A stretch of DNA of 64,000 nt from an uncultured delta proteobacterium (GCA_963804165.1 CAWDPO010000015.1:32001-96000); one strand, 5' to 3'; shown: positions 21,624 through 31,493, numbered from the stretch's first letter. The notes: generated by a model from the sequence alone, not told the origin. Made by a program: numbers and translations.

Positions 21624-22672
21624 CTACTCCTTGGCCTTCGCTTTGGCCTTGGCCTCGTCGATGATCGGCTGGAGTTTTTTCTTGAGCCCGGGATTGAGCT
21701 GAAAGGCTTTTTGGAAATCGCCGTCAGCCTCCTTGTCCTTGCCCTGATAGACTCGGATGATGCCGCGATAGACGTAGGCGTCGGCATTCTTCGGCTGCAT
21801 GCTGATTACTTCGCTAAAGTCGCGCGCGGCGTAATCGTACTTATCGATTCGCAGATAGGCGAGGCCGCGATTGAACGGCGCCTCTGGATCTTTGGGATTG
21901 ATCCGCATCGCTTCGCTGTAAGTCTTCGATAGCGTCCTCGAATTTGCTGAGCTTCATTTTTGCTAAGCCGCGATTGTAGAAAGCTTCGGTGGATTTGGGA
22001 TTCGAGCGAATCACTTCATCAAAGTCGCGTATCGCCTCGTCATATTTGTTCGCATCGGCGTAGGCGATGCCGCGGTTGTAATAGGCGTCGGTGAGTTTAG
22101 GGTCGCGGCTGAGGGCGGCATCGTAGTCGCTAATCGCCTCTTCTTTCTTATTCAGCGCCAGATAGCTATTGCCTCGGTTGTAGTAGTTTTGCGCGTCCTT
22201 GGGCTCGATGCGTATCGCCTCGCTGAAATCCTTTGCCGCGCTGTCATAGCGTTTGGCGTCGAAATGGATGCTGCCGCGGTTGGTAAACTGCGCGCGTCGT
22301 CCGGATTGAGCTTGATCGCCGCGCTGTAGTCATTGAGCGCGGCCGTTTTCCTGTTTGAGTCGCCGATAAGCATTGCCGCGATTATAGAAAGCCTCGGCGT
22401 CTTTCGGATTGAGCCGGATCGCCTGGCCGTAGTCTTTGACCGCTTGCTGATTTTCGCCGAGGTCGTAGTACGCGTTGCCGCGGTTGAAATAAGCTTCGGC
22501 AAGTTTCGGATGGGATTTTATGACTTTGTCATACTCGGTAATCGCTTCTTTGAGCTTGCCCGATTCGTGCAGCTCCAGGGCTGCTTTGAGCGGATCTTCG
22601 GCCTGAGCGGACCAAACCCGCGCCGCCGTAGCAAATCGCGAACGCGACGATCATCGCAAGTCTCGCTCCCAT
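21624..22672 (-). CDS. Exported tetratricopeptide-repeat protein (multiple frameshifts)
   Basis: Signal-like MGARLAMIVAFAIC, followed by repeated AYFNRG/AFYNRG/AYYNRG...DY..AI..NP units spread across frames. Confidence 0.75.
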
Positions 22673-22686
22673 GGGTTCCAGTTTCC

Positions 22687-23523
22687 TCATCGTTTGCCGG
22701 GGTCATCAGCGGCTCGAGTTTATTCTTGAGGGCAGGATCGAGCTCGAGCGCTTTTTGAAAATCTTTCTGCGCGTCGTCGCTCTTGCCTTGACGCGCCCTG
22801 ATCACGCCGCGGTTGGCATAGATTTTCGCGTTTTTGCCGTCGAGCTTGATCGCTTCATCGTAATCTTTAACCGCGTCGTCATACTTGCCGAGCACCGAGT
22901 AGGCATTGGCGCGATTGTTATAGGTCTCGGCGTTTTTCGGCGTCGAGCTTGATCGCCTCGTGAATAGTCTTGAACCGCCAGCTCGTTCTTACCGAGACGG
23001 CGATAGGCGAGAGCCGCGGCCGTAGTAAATATCGGCGTCTTTAGGATCCAATTTCTGCGCCTGATTAAAATCTTGAATCGCGTTGTCGAATTGTTTCAGA
23101 CGCAATATGGGCGAGGCCGCGCTGGCGATAAGCTCTCGGCGCTTTGGCATCGTTCTTGATGACCTCGTCGTAATCTTTGATCGCGCGGTCGTAGTGATTC
23201 TGGCTAAATGGGCGTTGCCTCGGTTGAAATAAGCGTCGGTCAGTTTTGGATTGAGCTTCAACGCTTCATCGTAGTCTTTAATCGCGCTATCGATCTGGCC
23301 GAGCTTGAAATACGCCAAGCCGCGGTTGTTGTACGCTTCGTCCGACTTGGGCGCGGCTTTGAGGGCGCGGTTAAACGCCACGACGGCGTCTTTAAATTTC
23401 GCCGCCTTGTAAAGCTTCACGCCATCATTGAAGGCATTTTGTGCCTCGCCGGCGAGCAACCCCGGCGGGCAGCAGCAGTAATAGAACGAAGCAACTCGCC
23501 GCCGCGCGATTTATTGTTCTCAT
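22687..23523 (-). CDS. Exported tetratricopeptide-repeat protein (multiple frameshifts)
   Basis: AYNNRGLAY..DYDEALKLNP repeats. Its C-terminal DFQKALELDPALKNKLEP is paralogous to the neighbouring TPR gene. The 3' end is approximate. Confidence 0.75.
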
Positions 23524-23655
23524 AGCTTAAAATTCTTTAACGTATGCCTACGCCAATGTCCAATTGCTTGGACGGCGCACAGCGCCGCTGGACAAAAATC
23601 GCAAAAAAGAATAATGATGAAAGAAATCAGGGTCGTAACTACAGGAGGATAAGCT

Positions 23656-24716
23656 ATGAGCACAGCCGCTGCGGTCAAGCGAACCGCGGAACAAGTACTG
23701 GGAAAAGATAAGATCATTTCGTCGGATTCCCATATCATGGAGCCGCCAGATCTATGGGAAGCCAACCTGACGCCAAGCCTCAAAACCAAATTTCCGAAAT
23801 TTCCGCCACGAAGCTCGGCCGGTGAAAAACCGGGCGGACACGATCCGAAGGCGCGCCTGGATGAGATGGCGGTCGACGGCGTCAGCGCCGAGGTGTTGTA
23901 TGCGACTCACGGCCTGCGACTTTATGCGTTGGAAGACGCCGATCTGCAAGAAGCCTGTTTTCAGATCGCTAACGATTGGATGATCGATTACTGCCAATCC
24001 TCACCGGGGCGGCTGTTCGGTATCCCGATGATCTCGATGTATAACATCCCGAACGCTATTAAAGAGCTCGAGCGCTGCAAGAAGCAGGGCATGATCGGCT
24101 GCATGATCTGGCAGGTACCGCCCGAGCATTTGCCGTTTACCAGCGACTATTACAATCCATTCTGGGAAGCGCCTCGGAGCTCGACATGCCGGTCAATGTG
24201 CATATCTTGACCGGGTTCAACTATAGCCGCTTCGAGCGCAAGGGTTTGGATACGTATCGGATGACCGTAAATCAGAAGCTCACCGATGCGGCGAATACCT
24301 TATTTGATTTCGTCTTCGGCGGCGCGTTGGCAAAATACCCAAAACTGAAACTCGTCTACGTCGAAAATGAAGTCGGTTGGATACCGTTCTATTGCCACGA
24401 GTGGGATAAATATTTCGTGCGCCACAGCCCTAAGGCGCCGTTGGCGTATATGAAAAGGCTGCCGAGCGAGTACGTGCAAGATCAGGTTTTCGCGACTTTC
24501 TTCAGCGATCCGTGTGGCGGGCGCATGATGGATTGGTTCGGCGAAAATAATTTCATGTGGTCGAGCGACTATCCGCACGCAGCGTCGACGTGGCCCCATT
24601 CGCGCCAAGTCATCGCCGACGAGCTCGGCCATCTGCCGAAACCGGTCATCGACAAAGTCGTACGAAGCAACGTGATCGATCTCTATCACCTAAAGGTTGA
24701 CGGCGTTAACAACTAA
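23656..24716 (+). CDS. Amidohydrolase_2 family protein (one frameshift at about 24175)
   Basis: IISSDSHIMEP, PVNVHILTG, VENEVGWIP, WSSDYPH. Confidence 0.85.
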
Positions 24717-24744
24717 ATCAAAAACCACCTTGAAAGGAGTTCCT

Positions 24745-25227
24745 ATGAACGCAGCAAGAAAGTTAGAAGCCACGGAGAAACCGAAGACGCAAAAGTTTTC
24801 GCTACGCACCCCATACATGAAGCAGGGCCGGATCACCCAGTTGGTCGCGGAAACCGAAAACATGTGGATTCATACCAAGATCAACTACGAGGGCGGCGAG
24901 AACGAGATTCACTGTCATCTCGATGAAGACCATTCGTTCATCGTGCTCGAAGGCCAAATGAGCGTCTTCGATGAAAACGGCAACGAGATCAAGGTCGAAA
25001 AACATCAGGGCGTCATGATTCCCAAAGGCGCCTATTATCGTTATCTCAATACCGGCAGCGAAAATTTAGTCGTGATCCGCGTCGGCGCGGGGGTTAAAGG
25101 TCAGAAGCAGGGCGGGGAAGAAATGCGCGTTCGTCCGGATGGCAAACCGTTGATCGCTTCCTCTGAGGAAAACAAGACCGTGCCGCCGATCGAAGATACG
25201 CGATTTTTTGCCGACTCGGCGGGCTAG
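24745..25227 (+). CDS. Cupin domain protein
   Basis: HCHLDEDHSFIVLEGQM cupin motif 1 and VMIPKGAYY motif 2. RBS AAAGGAG. Confidence 0.85.
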   Translation: MNAARKLEATEKPKTQKFSLRTPYMKQGRITQLVAETENMWIHTKINYEGGENEIHCHLDEDHSFIVLEGQMSVFDENGNEIKVEKHQGVMIPKGAYYRYLNTGSENLVVIRVGAGVKGQKQGGEEMRVRPDGKPLIASSEENKTVPPIEDTRFFADSAG

Positions 25228-25262
25228 GCGTCGAGCGATCAATCAACTCATAGGGTTCGATG

Positions 25263-25300
25263 CACCGGCCACTGATCTTTTCAGTGGCCGGTGTCGTTTT
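25263..25300 (+). terminator. Strong hairpin after the cupin gene (possible intrinsic terminator or stabilising stem)
   Basis: CACCGGCCACTGA-TCTTT-TCAGTGGCCGGTG is a perfect 13-bp stem followed by TCGTTTT. Confidence 0.5.
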
Positions 25301-25312
25301 GAGGAGGCGAAT

Positions 25313-25877
25313 ATGGCGCAAGAGATCAGAGAGATGCCCGAGGAAATGGATCCGGGGTTGTGGCGCGGCTTCAAGTCACCCAGTTCCGCGTGGCAAGGCA
25401 GCGTCGCAGCGATTTTCGTGACACCGGAATCCTCCGGCGACATGGTTTCGCTGCCCGCCGTGCGCGCCTTTGCCGACCGCGGCCTGGAAGGAGATCGTTT
25501 TTTGCGTGAATCTTGGGATGCCGTCAATCGGCCAGACAAAGCTGTCACGCTAATCGAAGCCGAAGTCCTGGAACTGGCCGCTCGAGGAGCTTGGAATGGC
25601 ATCGATCGCGGCCAAGACGCGCCGCAATATCGTCACCCGCGGCGTGCCGCTGCTCGAATTATTGCACCGGGAATTTACTATCGGCGGAGTGCGGATGCGC
25701 GGCATTCGTTTGTTCGAACCCTGCGGCCATCTAGTCAAAGTCTCCGAGCTGCCGGGTATTTTCAAGGCGCTGAACCATCGGAGCGGCCTGAAGGCGGCGA
25801 TTCTCACCGACGGCGAGATCCATGTCGGCGATTCGTTGACGCTCGTTGAACCTCAAGCAGCGGTTGTCTCCGCCTAA
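25313..25877 (+). CDS. MOSC domain protein (one frameshift)
   Basis: GLEGDRF, VTLIEAE, TRRNIVTRG, FEPCGHL, GEIHVGD. Confidence 0.85.
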
Positions 25878-25971
25878 TGTGCGGTCGTTGCTTGCCTCTC
25901 GATTTCACCTGAGTTAGTTTCCAGCGTGGCCGTACCCGCGGCCATCGGTCCAATAAATTTACGGAGACTCT

Positions 25972-26907
25972 ATGGAATTCGGACTCCATTTGCCCGCGTC
26001 CACGGCAAGGGTCAAGGCGGAGGATCTCATCCGCTTCGCCCAGCGAGCCGAGACTCTGGGATTTTACTGCATCACCGTCGCGGACCACGTCATCGTTCCG
26101 CGCGACATCTCGGTACCGTATCCCTATACCACCGACGGTAAATATCCCGGCACGGGATACCACCTGGAAACACTAATGACCATGGGGTTTCTCGCCGGCG
26201 CGACGCAGCGCATTCGCTTTATCACCAGTGTCATGATCCTGCCGTACCGCAATCCCGTTGTTACGGCGAAGATGCTCGCGAGCCTCGACGTATTGTCTGG
26301 CGGGCGCGTGATCGTCGGCGCGGGCGTCGGCTGGATGAAGGAAGAATTCGAGACGCTGCGCACCGAGCCGTTCGCGGAGCGCGGCAAAGTTACTGACGAG
26401 TATATCGCCGCGTTTCGAGAGCTGTGGACCAGCGACAATCCGAGTTATAGCGGCAAATATTGCAACTTCTCCAACATCGTCTTTCTGCCCAAACCTGTGC
26501 AGAAAACGATCCCGATCTGGATCGGCGGTCACAGTAAACAAGCGATCCGCCGCGCCGCGCGCCTGGGCGACGGCTGGCATCCCATTGGCGGCGTGCCGAC
26601 GATTCCTCTGGAGCCAGAGGACGTCGCCGCAGATCTGTCGATGCTGAGAGACTACGCCGAAAAAGCCGGGCGCGATCCTAAAACAATCCGTGTCGCTTTG
26701 AAGGGCTCGCTCTTCGACCGTGAAAAACAAATTACGCCGGGAAAACGACGGCGCTTTATCGGCAGCGCCGAAGAGATCGCGTCGGACATCCGCGACTATC
26801 GCGCTGTAGGTGTCGACACGATGATCTTCGACGTGCGCAGGCCGAGTGTCGCGGAAACATTGGAGAGGATGGAGTGGATGGCCAAGGACGTGTTTCCAAA
26901 AGTGTAG
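25972..26907 (+). CDS. LLM-class (probably F420-dependent) oxidoreductase
   Basis: VADHVIVP, VMILPYRNP, LDVLSGGR..GAGVGW..EEF, PIWIGG..A.RRAARLGDGW. Confidence 0.88.
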   Translation: MEFGLHLPASTARVKAEDLIRFAQRAETLGFYCITVADHVIVPRDISVPYPYTTDGKYPGTGYHLETLMTMGFLAGATQRIRFITSVMILPYRNPVVTAKMLASLDVLSGGRVIVGAGVGWMKEEFETLRTEPFAERGKVTDEYIAAFRELWTSDNPSYSGKYCNFSNIVFLPKPVQKTIPIWIGGHSKQAIRRAARLGDGWHPIGGVPTIPLEPEDVAADLSMLRDYAEKAGRDPKTIRVALKGSLFDREKQITPGKRRRFIGSAEEIASDIRDYRAVGVDTMIFDVRRPSVAETLERMEWMAKDVFPKV

Positions 26908-26986
26908 TGCGATTTTTCTAAAGGTCGCTGAATATCTCATGGTTTCCGATTTAAGTATCGGCCGTTGCCAAGAAGCTGCGGAATAA

Positions 26987-27053
26987 TGTCATCCTGAGGC
27001 AACGCCAAAGGATCTCGCCTTGGCGACTTACGCTTCGGACGAGATTCTTCACT
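26987..27053. repeat. GTCATCCTGAG...AGATTCTTC REP-like element (right arm truncated)
   Basis: Same family as the complete copies at 48008-48095 and 52432-52518. Confidence 0.7.
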
Positions 27054-27120
27054 ATGTCGCGCGACCGCCCTTCGGCTTGAGGCCAAGAGAACGTTCGTCA
27101 TGCCGACCCTTCGACGGGCT

Positions 27121-27356
27121 GCTGCTATGTGGATGTCAAGTCAATAACTCGCAAAGGCTCTTAAATTCTCCTATGACTTTTTCTCCCTACCCACCCAAGA
27201 GAGACTCGCTGCTATACGTGGCACGGCACTGGGCCGTCACACTGACTTGCGATGCGCCCTCTTTGGCACTAAGCCCCGGGATCTCTGTCTCAAGGGTCGA
27301 ACCTTCAGGAGTCTTGTTCTCCTGGTACTGGCCGTCGTCGAGTCGTTCCCTGGGGC
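27121..27356 (-). ncRNA. Candidate bridge/seek RNA of the IS110 element
   Basis: Stem-internal loop-hairpin containing GCTGCTAT (27208-27215, equal to element end 27121-27128) and GACTTG (27244-27249, reverse complement of CAAGTC at 28550-28555). Transcript boundaries are inferred. Confidence 0.6.
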
Positions 27357-28462
27357 ACAGTCTCCTCTTGGGTCAAAGGAGCCGATTGAACTTTTTCTCT
27401 CACTTCGTAAGGTCTTTGTTGCATCAACACCACCGCGGCCCGCACACACAGTTTATGGGCCACCGCCACAATGGCCACTCGAGGACCGAGATGACGCGGA
27501 TGTTTTTTCGCCACGGTGCGGAAGAACTCTCTCAACTCGCCGTCCTGGCGGATCGCCGACCAAGAGGCTTGAATGAGTTTGCTGCGCAGTCTTGGATCTC
27601 CGCTGTGAGTAATCGAGCCGCGAGTGGTTCTCTCTCCGGTGGAGCTCTCGGTGGGTACCAACCCCACAAAGGCCGGCAGCTCACGAATGTTATTGATCTG
27701 GCGCCAGTCCCCGATACGGGCCATCATCTGGCTGGCCACGATCCAGCCGATCCCAGGAAGCGTTTTCAGATACTCGATACACCGAGACAGTTCCGGGTCG
27801 TTGTGGCAAAAGCGGCGAATCTCACGGGTGACCTTAAGGACTTGCTTCTCCCCAAACTCCAGATTGTCCAGCAACTGATCGAGCTTAAAGCGCACCACCG
27901 AAGAGCAGGGAAGCTTTCTCAGCTTGGCTTTGACCAAAAACGACCACTGGCTGCCGGCCGGAGCCGGGGGAAACTCCAGCCCTTCCATCAGCAACAGCGA
28001 TTTGATGCGTTGCTTCATCGCCACCACCTCGCTGACCAGAGCGTCGCGCAGTTGAGTCAAGTGACGCAGCTCTCGATACAAGGTTGTGGGCACATGAATG
28101 CTCTTGAGCTGTCCGGCGCGCAGATTCTCTGCCAATCCCACGCTGTCGAGCCGATTGGTCTTCACTCGCTGTCCTGGCGCTTTGGGGATCATCGATGGAG
28201 AGGCGATCAAGCAAGGGTACCGTTGAGCGACCAACCCGTCATACAGTCCATAGCCCGTCGGTCCCGCCTCATAGGCAAAGGCTACTTTCTTATCGCCATA
28301 GTGCTTACGAACATGGTTTACAAGATACTCGACATTGTACGGCATGCGCATCGACTTCACAGATCCCTGATGATCGGTAAAGGTCACCGAAATGCTTTTC
28401 TTGTCCACATCGAGTCCGCCAAACACATCGTAATCGCGAGGGATGAAAGTTTCGATTCCCAT
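27305..28462 (-). CDS. IS110-family DEDD recombinase/transposase
   Basis: GLDVDK, AYEAGP, KTNRLDS RuvC-like motifs, TLPGIG, GLVPTESSTG (catalytic Ser region), AIVAVAHKL. RBS GGAGG. Confidence 0.93.
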   Translation of the reverse strand: MGIETFIPRDYDVFGGLDVDKKSISVTFTDHQGSVKSMRMPYNVEYLVNHVRKHYGDKKVAFAYEAGPTGYGLYDGLVAQRYPCLIASPSMIPKAPGQRVKTNRLDSVGLAENLRAGQLKSIHVPTTLYRELRHLTQLRDALVSEVVAMKQRIKSLLLMEGLEFPPAPAGSQWSFLVKAKLRKLPCSSVVRFKLDQLLDNLEFGEKQVLKVTREIRRFCHNDPELSRCIEYLKTLPGIGWIVASQMMARIGDWRQINNIRELPAFVGLVPTESSTGERTTRGSITHSGDPRLRSKLIQASWSAIRQDGELREFFRTVAKKHPRHLGPRVAIVAVAHKLCVRAAVVLMQQRPYEVREKVQSAPLTQEETVPQGTTRRRPVPGEQDS

Positions 28463-28690
28463 CGTAGTGCCTCCCTGGTCCAACGGCCGATAAGTTTCGG
28501 CCACTGTACTATCACGGAGCACTCGCGGTACAGCTCGACATCCCTCATACAAGTCTCAGGGTTAATTCCAACCGGCATCCAGGTTCGTTTTCAGTTCGAG
28601 TTCGAAACCCACCCGGCTTCGACAAGGCCAAAAAGAAAAGACCCGTCAGGACTGCTCCGCGCGCTAATTTCCCTCAAGTCGCAAGAGAGC

Positions 28691-29542
28691 CTATAGCCCC
28701 GCCTTGGGCTGGGGAATATCCGCCGGCCAGTTCTCGATGTAAACCGGCTCCGGCGGAAAGCCGAGGACATTGAGATAGAGATACTCCCGCCATGCGGGAA
28801 ATCTCCGCACGTTTTCCACCGGCACGTTGAAATATTTCCGCAGAAACTCGCGGCGCGGCGGATCGAAGACCGTGCGCGGGCGGCTGTTGAGCGCTTGCCT
28901 TTCGATCTCGCCGATACGCCGGCGAATCGGCGCCTCGCCCCAGATCTCGATCTGCTCCCACACGTAGTCGTGGAGTTTCTGCAAAATGGCGTCGTGATGG
29001 CTCCGCTCTTCGGCATGCACCACGCGTTCTTCGAAATCGAGCAGCTTCGGTGTTGTTATCTGGATGCTCTGGATGCTCGCTGCGGTGACGTGGCCGTAGG
29101 GCCACAAGTTGCCGGAAAAAATGTAGCTCAAAAAATCGCGCTTCATGATCTGGTGGTGCTCGACGCGCGGTGTCAGACCGTATTGCCGCTCAAACTCAGG
29201 GTCGGGTTTGGAGTGATCGCGGCTTGGGTCGATGGCATTGGCTTGGCGGATGTACCCCCAGCCGTGGCCGGCCTCGGTGCCGGCATGTTCGGCGAGAAAA
29301 TAACGCCATTCGCAGTCCATTTCGAAGTGCGCCATGGCGTAACACGCCGTGCCGACCGTGACTTCGAGCTCGTCGCGGCCGCGGTGCGCCAGCCAGCGGG
29401 CCAAACGTTCGCGCTCCTCGTCGTCCTTAGGCGGCCGCTTGATATTGTCGCGACTTTTGCGCAGTGCCTCGATCTCCGCGCCGATCGGATTGTCCTCACT
29501 GTACGTGATTTTTTTCCCGACTCCCCTGATATCTTCTGCCAT
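28691..29542 (-). CDS. Uncharacterised protein with ferritin-like diiron motifs
   Basis: Helical sequence with RDELE...EAGH and EERSH (two ExxH motifs). Family not recognised. Confidence 0.6.
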   Translation of the reverse strand: MAEDIRGVGKKITYSEDNPIGAEIEALRKSRDNIKRPPKDDEERERLARWLAHRGRDELEVTVGTACYAMAHFEMDCEWRYFLAEHAGTEAGHGWGYIRQANAIDPSRDHSKPDPEFERQYGLTPRVEHHQIMKRDFLSYIFSGNLWPYGHVTAASIQSIQITTPKLLDFEERVVHAEERSHHDAILQKLHDYVWEQIEIWGEAPIRRRIGEIERQALNSRPRTVFDPPRREFLRKYFNVPVENVRRFPAWREYLYLNVLGFPPEPVYIENWPADIPQPKAGL

Positions 29543-29564
29543 GACGACCTCCGAAAAATTATCC

Positions 29565-30569
29565 TTATTTCGTCGAATAGAGCGACCTGACAAATCCTTC
29601 CTTTTCAATGCGCTCGAGCAAACTCATATCCAACACGCCGAACGGGTTGCGACTGGACGGCGCAGTTGAAAGCTTGACTACCGTCTCGATCGCTTCCTTG
29701 GGAACCGTCGGTACACGCTCGTATGCCGCGACCGCACGCTGATAGACTTCTTCGAGAGTTTCCGGATCGGTGAGCCGCATGTTTCGGCTCAATGCTTTCT
29801 TTGCCATATCGGGATTGGTCAACGCAAGTTTGATCCCGTGAAGTATCCCTTTGAGAAATCGCTCCAACGGCGCCGATGATTTTTCCAACGCGGCTCTGGT
29901 GGTGACGACCGAAGTGAAGGGGCACGGGATCCGCGCCGTGGCCAGATCCAAGACCATGCGCATGCCGGTTTTTTTAGCTTCGATGGTATCGGCCGGTGAC
30001 AAAAGCGCGGCGTCGACAACACCCGTGAACAGGGACTGGGAGACGAGCCCCAAACGGCCGAACGCCACCAGTTTCACGTCCCTCAGTGGATCGAAGCCCG
30101 CTCGTGTGAGTAAAATCTGGTTGGCTAAATTGAGCGACGTCCCCGGTGGAGTGTTTGCAATCAGCTTTCCTTTGAGATCCTTGAGCTGAGAAATCTCCGG
30201 CTTCGCCCAAAGTTGAAAGGGCACGATGTTTACGAGCCCGCTGATGATCCGAACGTCCACGCCTTTCAGATAGGCGCTCAGCGCTTGGCCGCCGCCCACG
30301 ATGGCGACCTGCAAGCTGCCCGAATCGAGGGCACGTATCATGGTCGTGCCCGCCGATTGGGTCAATTCGACGTTCACACCGTAAAGGTCGAACAACTTCT
30401 GATCGACGGCCAAGTAGCCCGCCAACTGAGTTGAGCTCGCTCCAGAAAATCCCAGCCGGAGAGATTCCGCTGCCCAAACGATCACGCAGTTATGAGCGAG
30501 CGTGAACGCTGCGAGAGCAAGGACCACGGTTGACTTGGCGAAGAAACAGAAAATATTTTTCGACAGCAT
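29565..30569 (-). CDS. ABC-type substrate-binding protein (NMT1/SsuA/TauA-like)
   Basis: Signal peptide, LRLGFSG, LKDLKGKLIA, G.VDAALLS, FLKGILHGI. Confidence 0.85.
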   Translation of the reverse strand: MLSKNIFCFFAKSTVVLALAAFTLAHNCVIVWAAESLRLGFSGASSTQLAGYLAVDQKLFDLYGVNVELTQSAGTTMIRALDSGSLQVAIVGGGQALSAYLKGVDVRIISGLVNIVPFQLWAKPEISQLKDLKGKLIANTPPGTSLNLANQILLTRAGFDPLRDVKLVAFGRLGLVSQSLFTGVVDAALLSPADTIEAKKTGMRMVLDLATARIPCPFTSVVTTRAALEKSSAPLERFLKGILHGIKLALTNPDMAKKALSRNMRLTDPETLEEVYQRAVAAYERVPTVPKEAIETVVKLSTAPSSRNPFGVLDMSLLERIEKEGFVRSLYSTK

Positions 30570-30839
30570 TGAAGAGTCTGGCCGCGTGTAGGTATTTGGC
30601 CTCTAAAGATCAGGTCCGAAATTCCTTCTAACACTCAACTGCCGGAAATCGCAACCAAAAGAAGTCTGCTTTCTCTCCCCGTTTGCACTGTAGATATTGG
30701 ATCGGACTACGGATCGTGGAAACACAGATGAGCTGCCGGGTTTTATCAACTGAGCGCGATAGCCGCAACGAATAGTCGACGGTGCAAACCGACGAATTCC
30801 GACTATTCGGATTGACCTTTCGTACACACGCCCGAGCGA

Positions 30840-31493
30840 ATGATGTATTATCCGCGGCGGGTTATGCGAACACTCCTTGTTTTAGCAATTATCATCGCAC
30901 TCGTCCTTGGCTTTGGTTACTATCACGCCGCCACTCACGGCTGGCTATACATCGACTTAGTCGACACTTCACAAAAGTCTCATTCCGCCAATCTTCGCGA
31001 CGCCGAAATTCGCTTGCTCGATGGTCAAGGCAGGTTCCTCGCCAACGCCAAGTCTGATCACAAATACGGCGTGGTTCGGCTCATCCATCCCGAGGCCGGA
31101 GATTGTTCAGTCGAAGAGCGCAACGCGTCGTCGTCATCATCGGCGCGCGATCAGTGGCAGAAGTGTTTTGAAGCCTTATCGACTTGGTTGATCGGCTGGG
31201 TACGTCAGGTTCGCATTGCCGACGTAAAGTTCGCGGGCTGCGATCTCAAACGAGTACCGGTAGATCTAAACGAAAGCCGTGAAGATTGGTGGCTTTGGTG
31301 GGTGCCGCTGCCGCATATCGGCGGTAAGCCGTTTACTTATTTCCGCGTGCCGATCAGAGTCGACGGCGCGAATTGTTCGCCGCTCGATAAACATCTCGCC
31401 TCATTGTATCCCCGTTACGATCGTTCCATTTGTATCTTCTTCGAGGCCTTCGGCGCAATGCGTCCATCGAGGCCGTCAATGGCCGCCGTTTGA
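30840..31493 (+). CDS. Hypothetical membrane-anchored/exported protein
   Basis: N-terminal transmembrane helix, several Cys residues and an unusual WWLWWVPLPHIGG motif. Confidence 0.6.
   Translation: MMYYPRRVMRTLLVLAIIIALVLGFGYYHAATHGWLYIDLVDTSQKSHSANLRDAEIRLLDGQGRFLANAKSDHKYGVVRLIHPEAGDCSVEERNASSSSSARDQWQKCFEALSTWLIGWVRQVRIADVKFAGCDLKRVPVDLNESREDWWLWWVPLPHIGGKPFTYFRVPIRVDGANCSPLDKHLASLYPRYDRSICIFFEAFGAMRPSRPSMAAV

Larger units (their letters stand above)
27121..28556 (-). mobile_element. IS110-family (IS1111-group-like) element inserted into a REP at a CT core
   Basis: Flanks CCCTTCGACGGG-CT (to 27120) and CT-CAGGG (from 28555) rebuild a CCCTTCGACGGGCTCAGGG REP. Sub-terminal inverted repeats TATGTGGATGTCAAG and CTCGACATCCCTCATA. 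No target duplication beyond CT. Confidence 0.85.

Noticed and set aside
21624-23523. Roughly 102-bp periodic DNA repeats as a non-coding array
   Set aside because: Explained by 34-aa TPR coding repeats.
27020-28696. 558-aa + strand ORF
   Set aside because: It is the antisense shadow of the IS110 recombinase, crosses both element boundaries and has no recognisable motifs.
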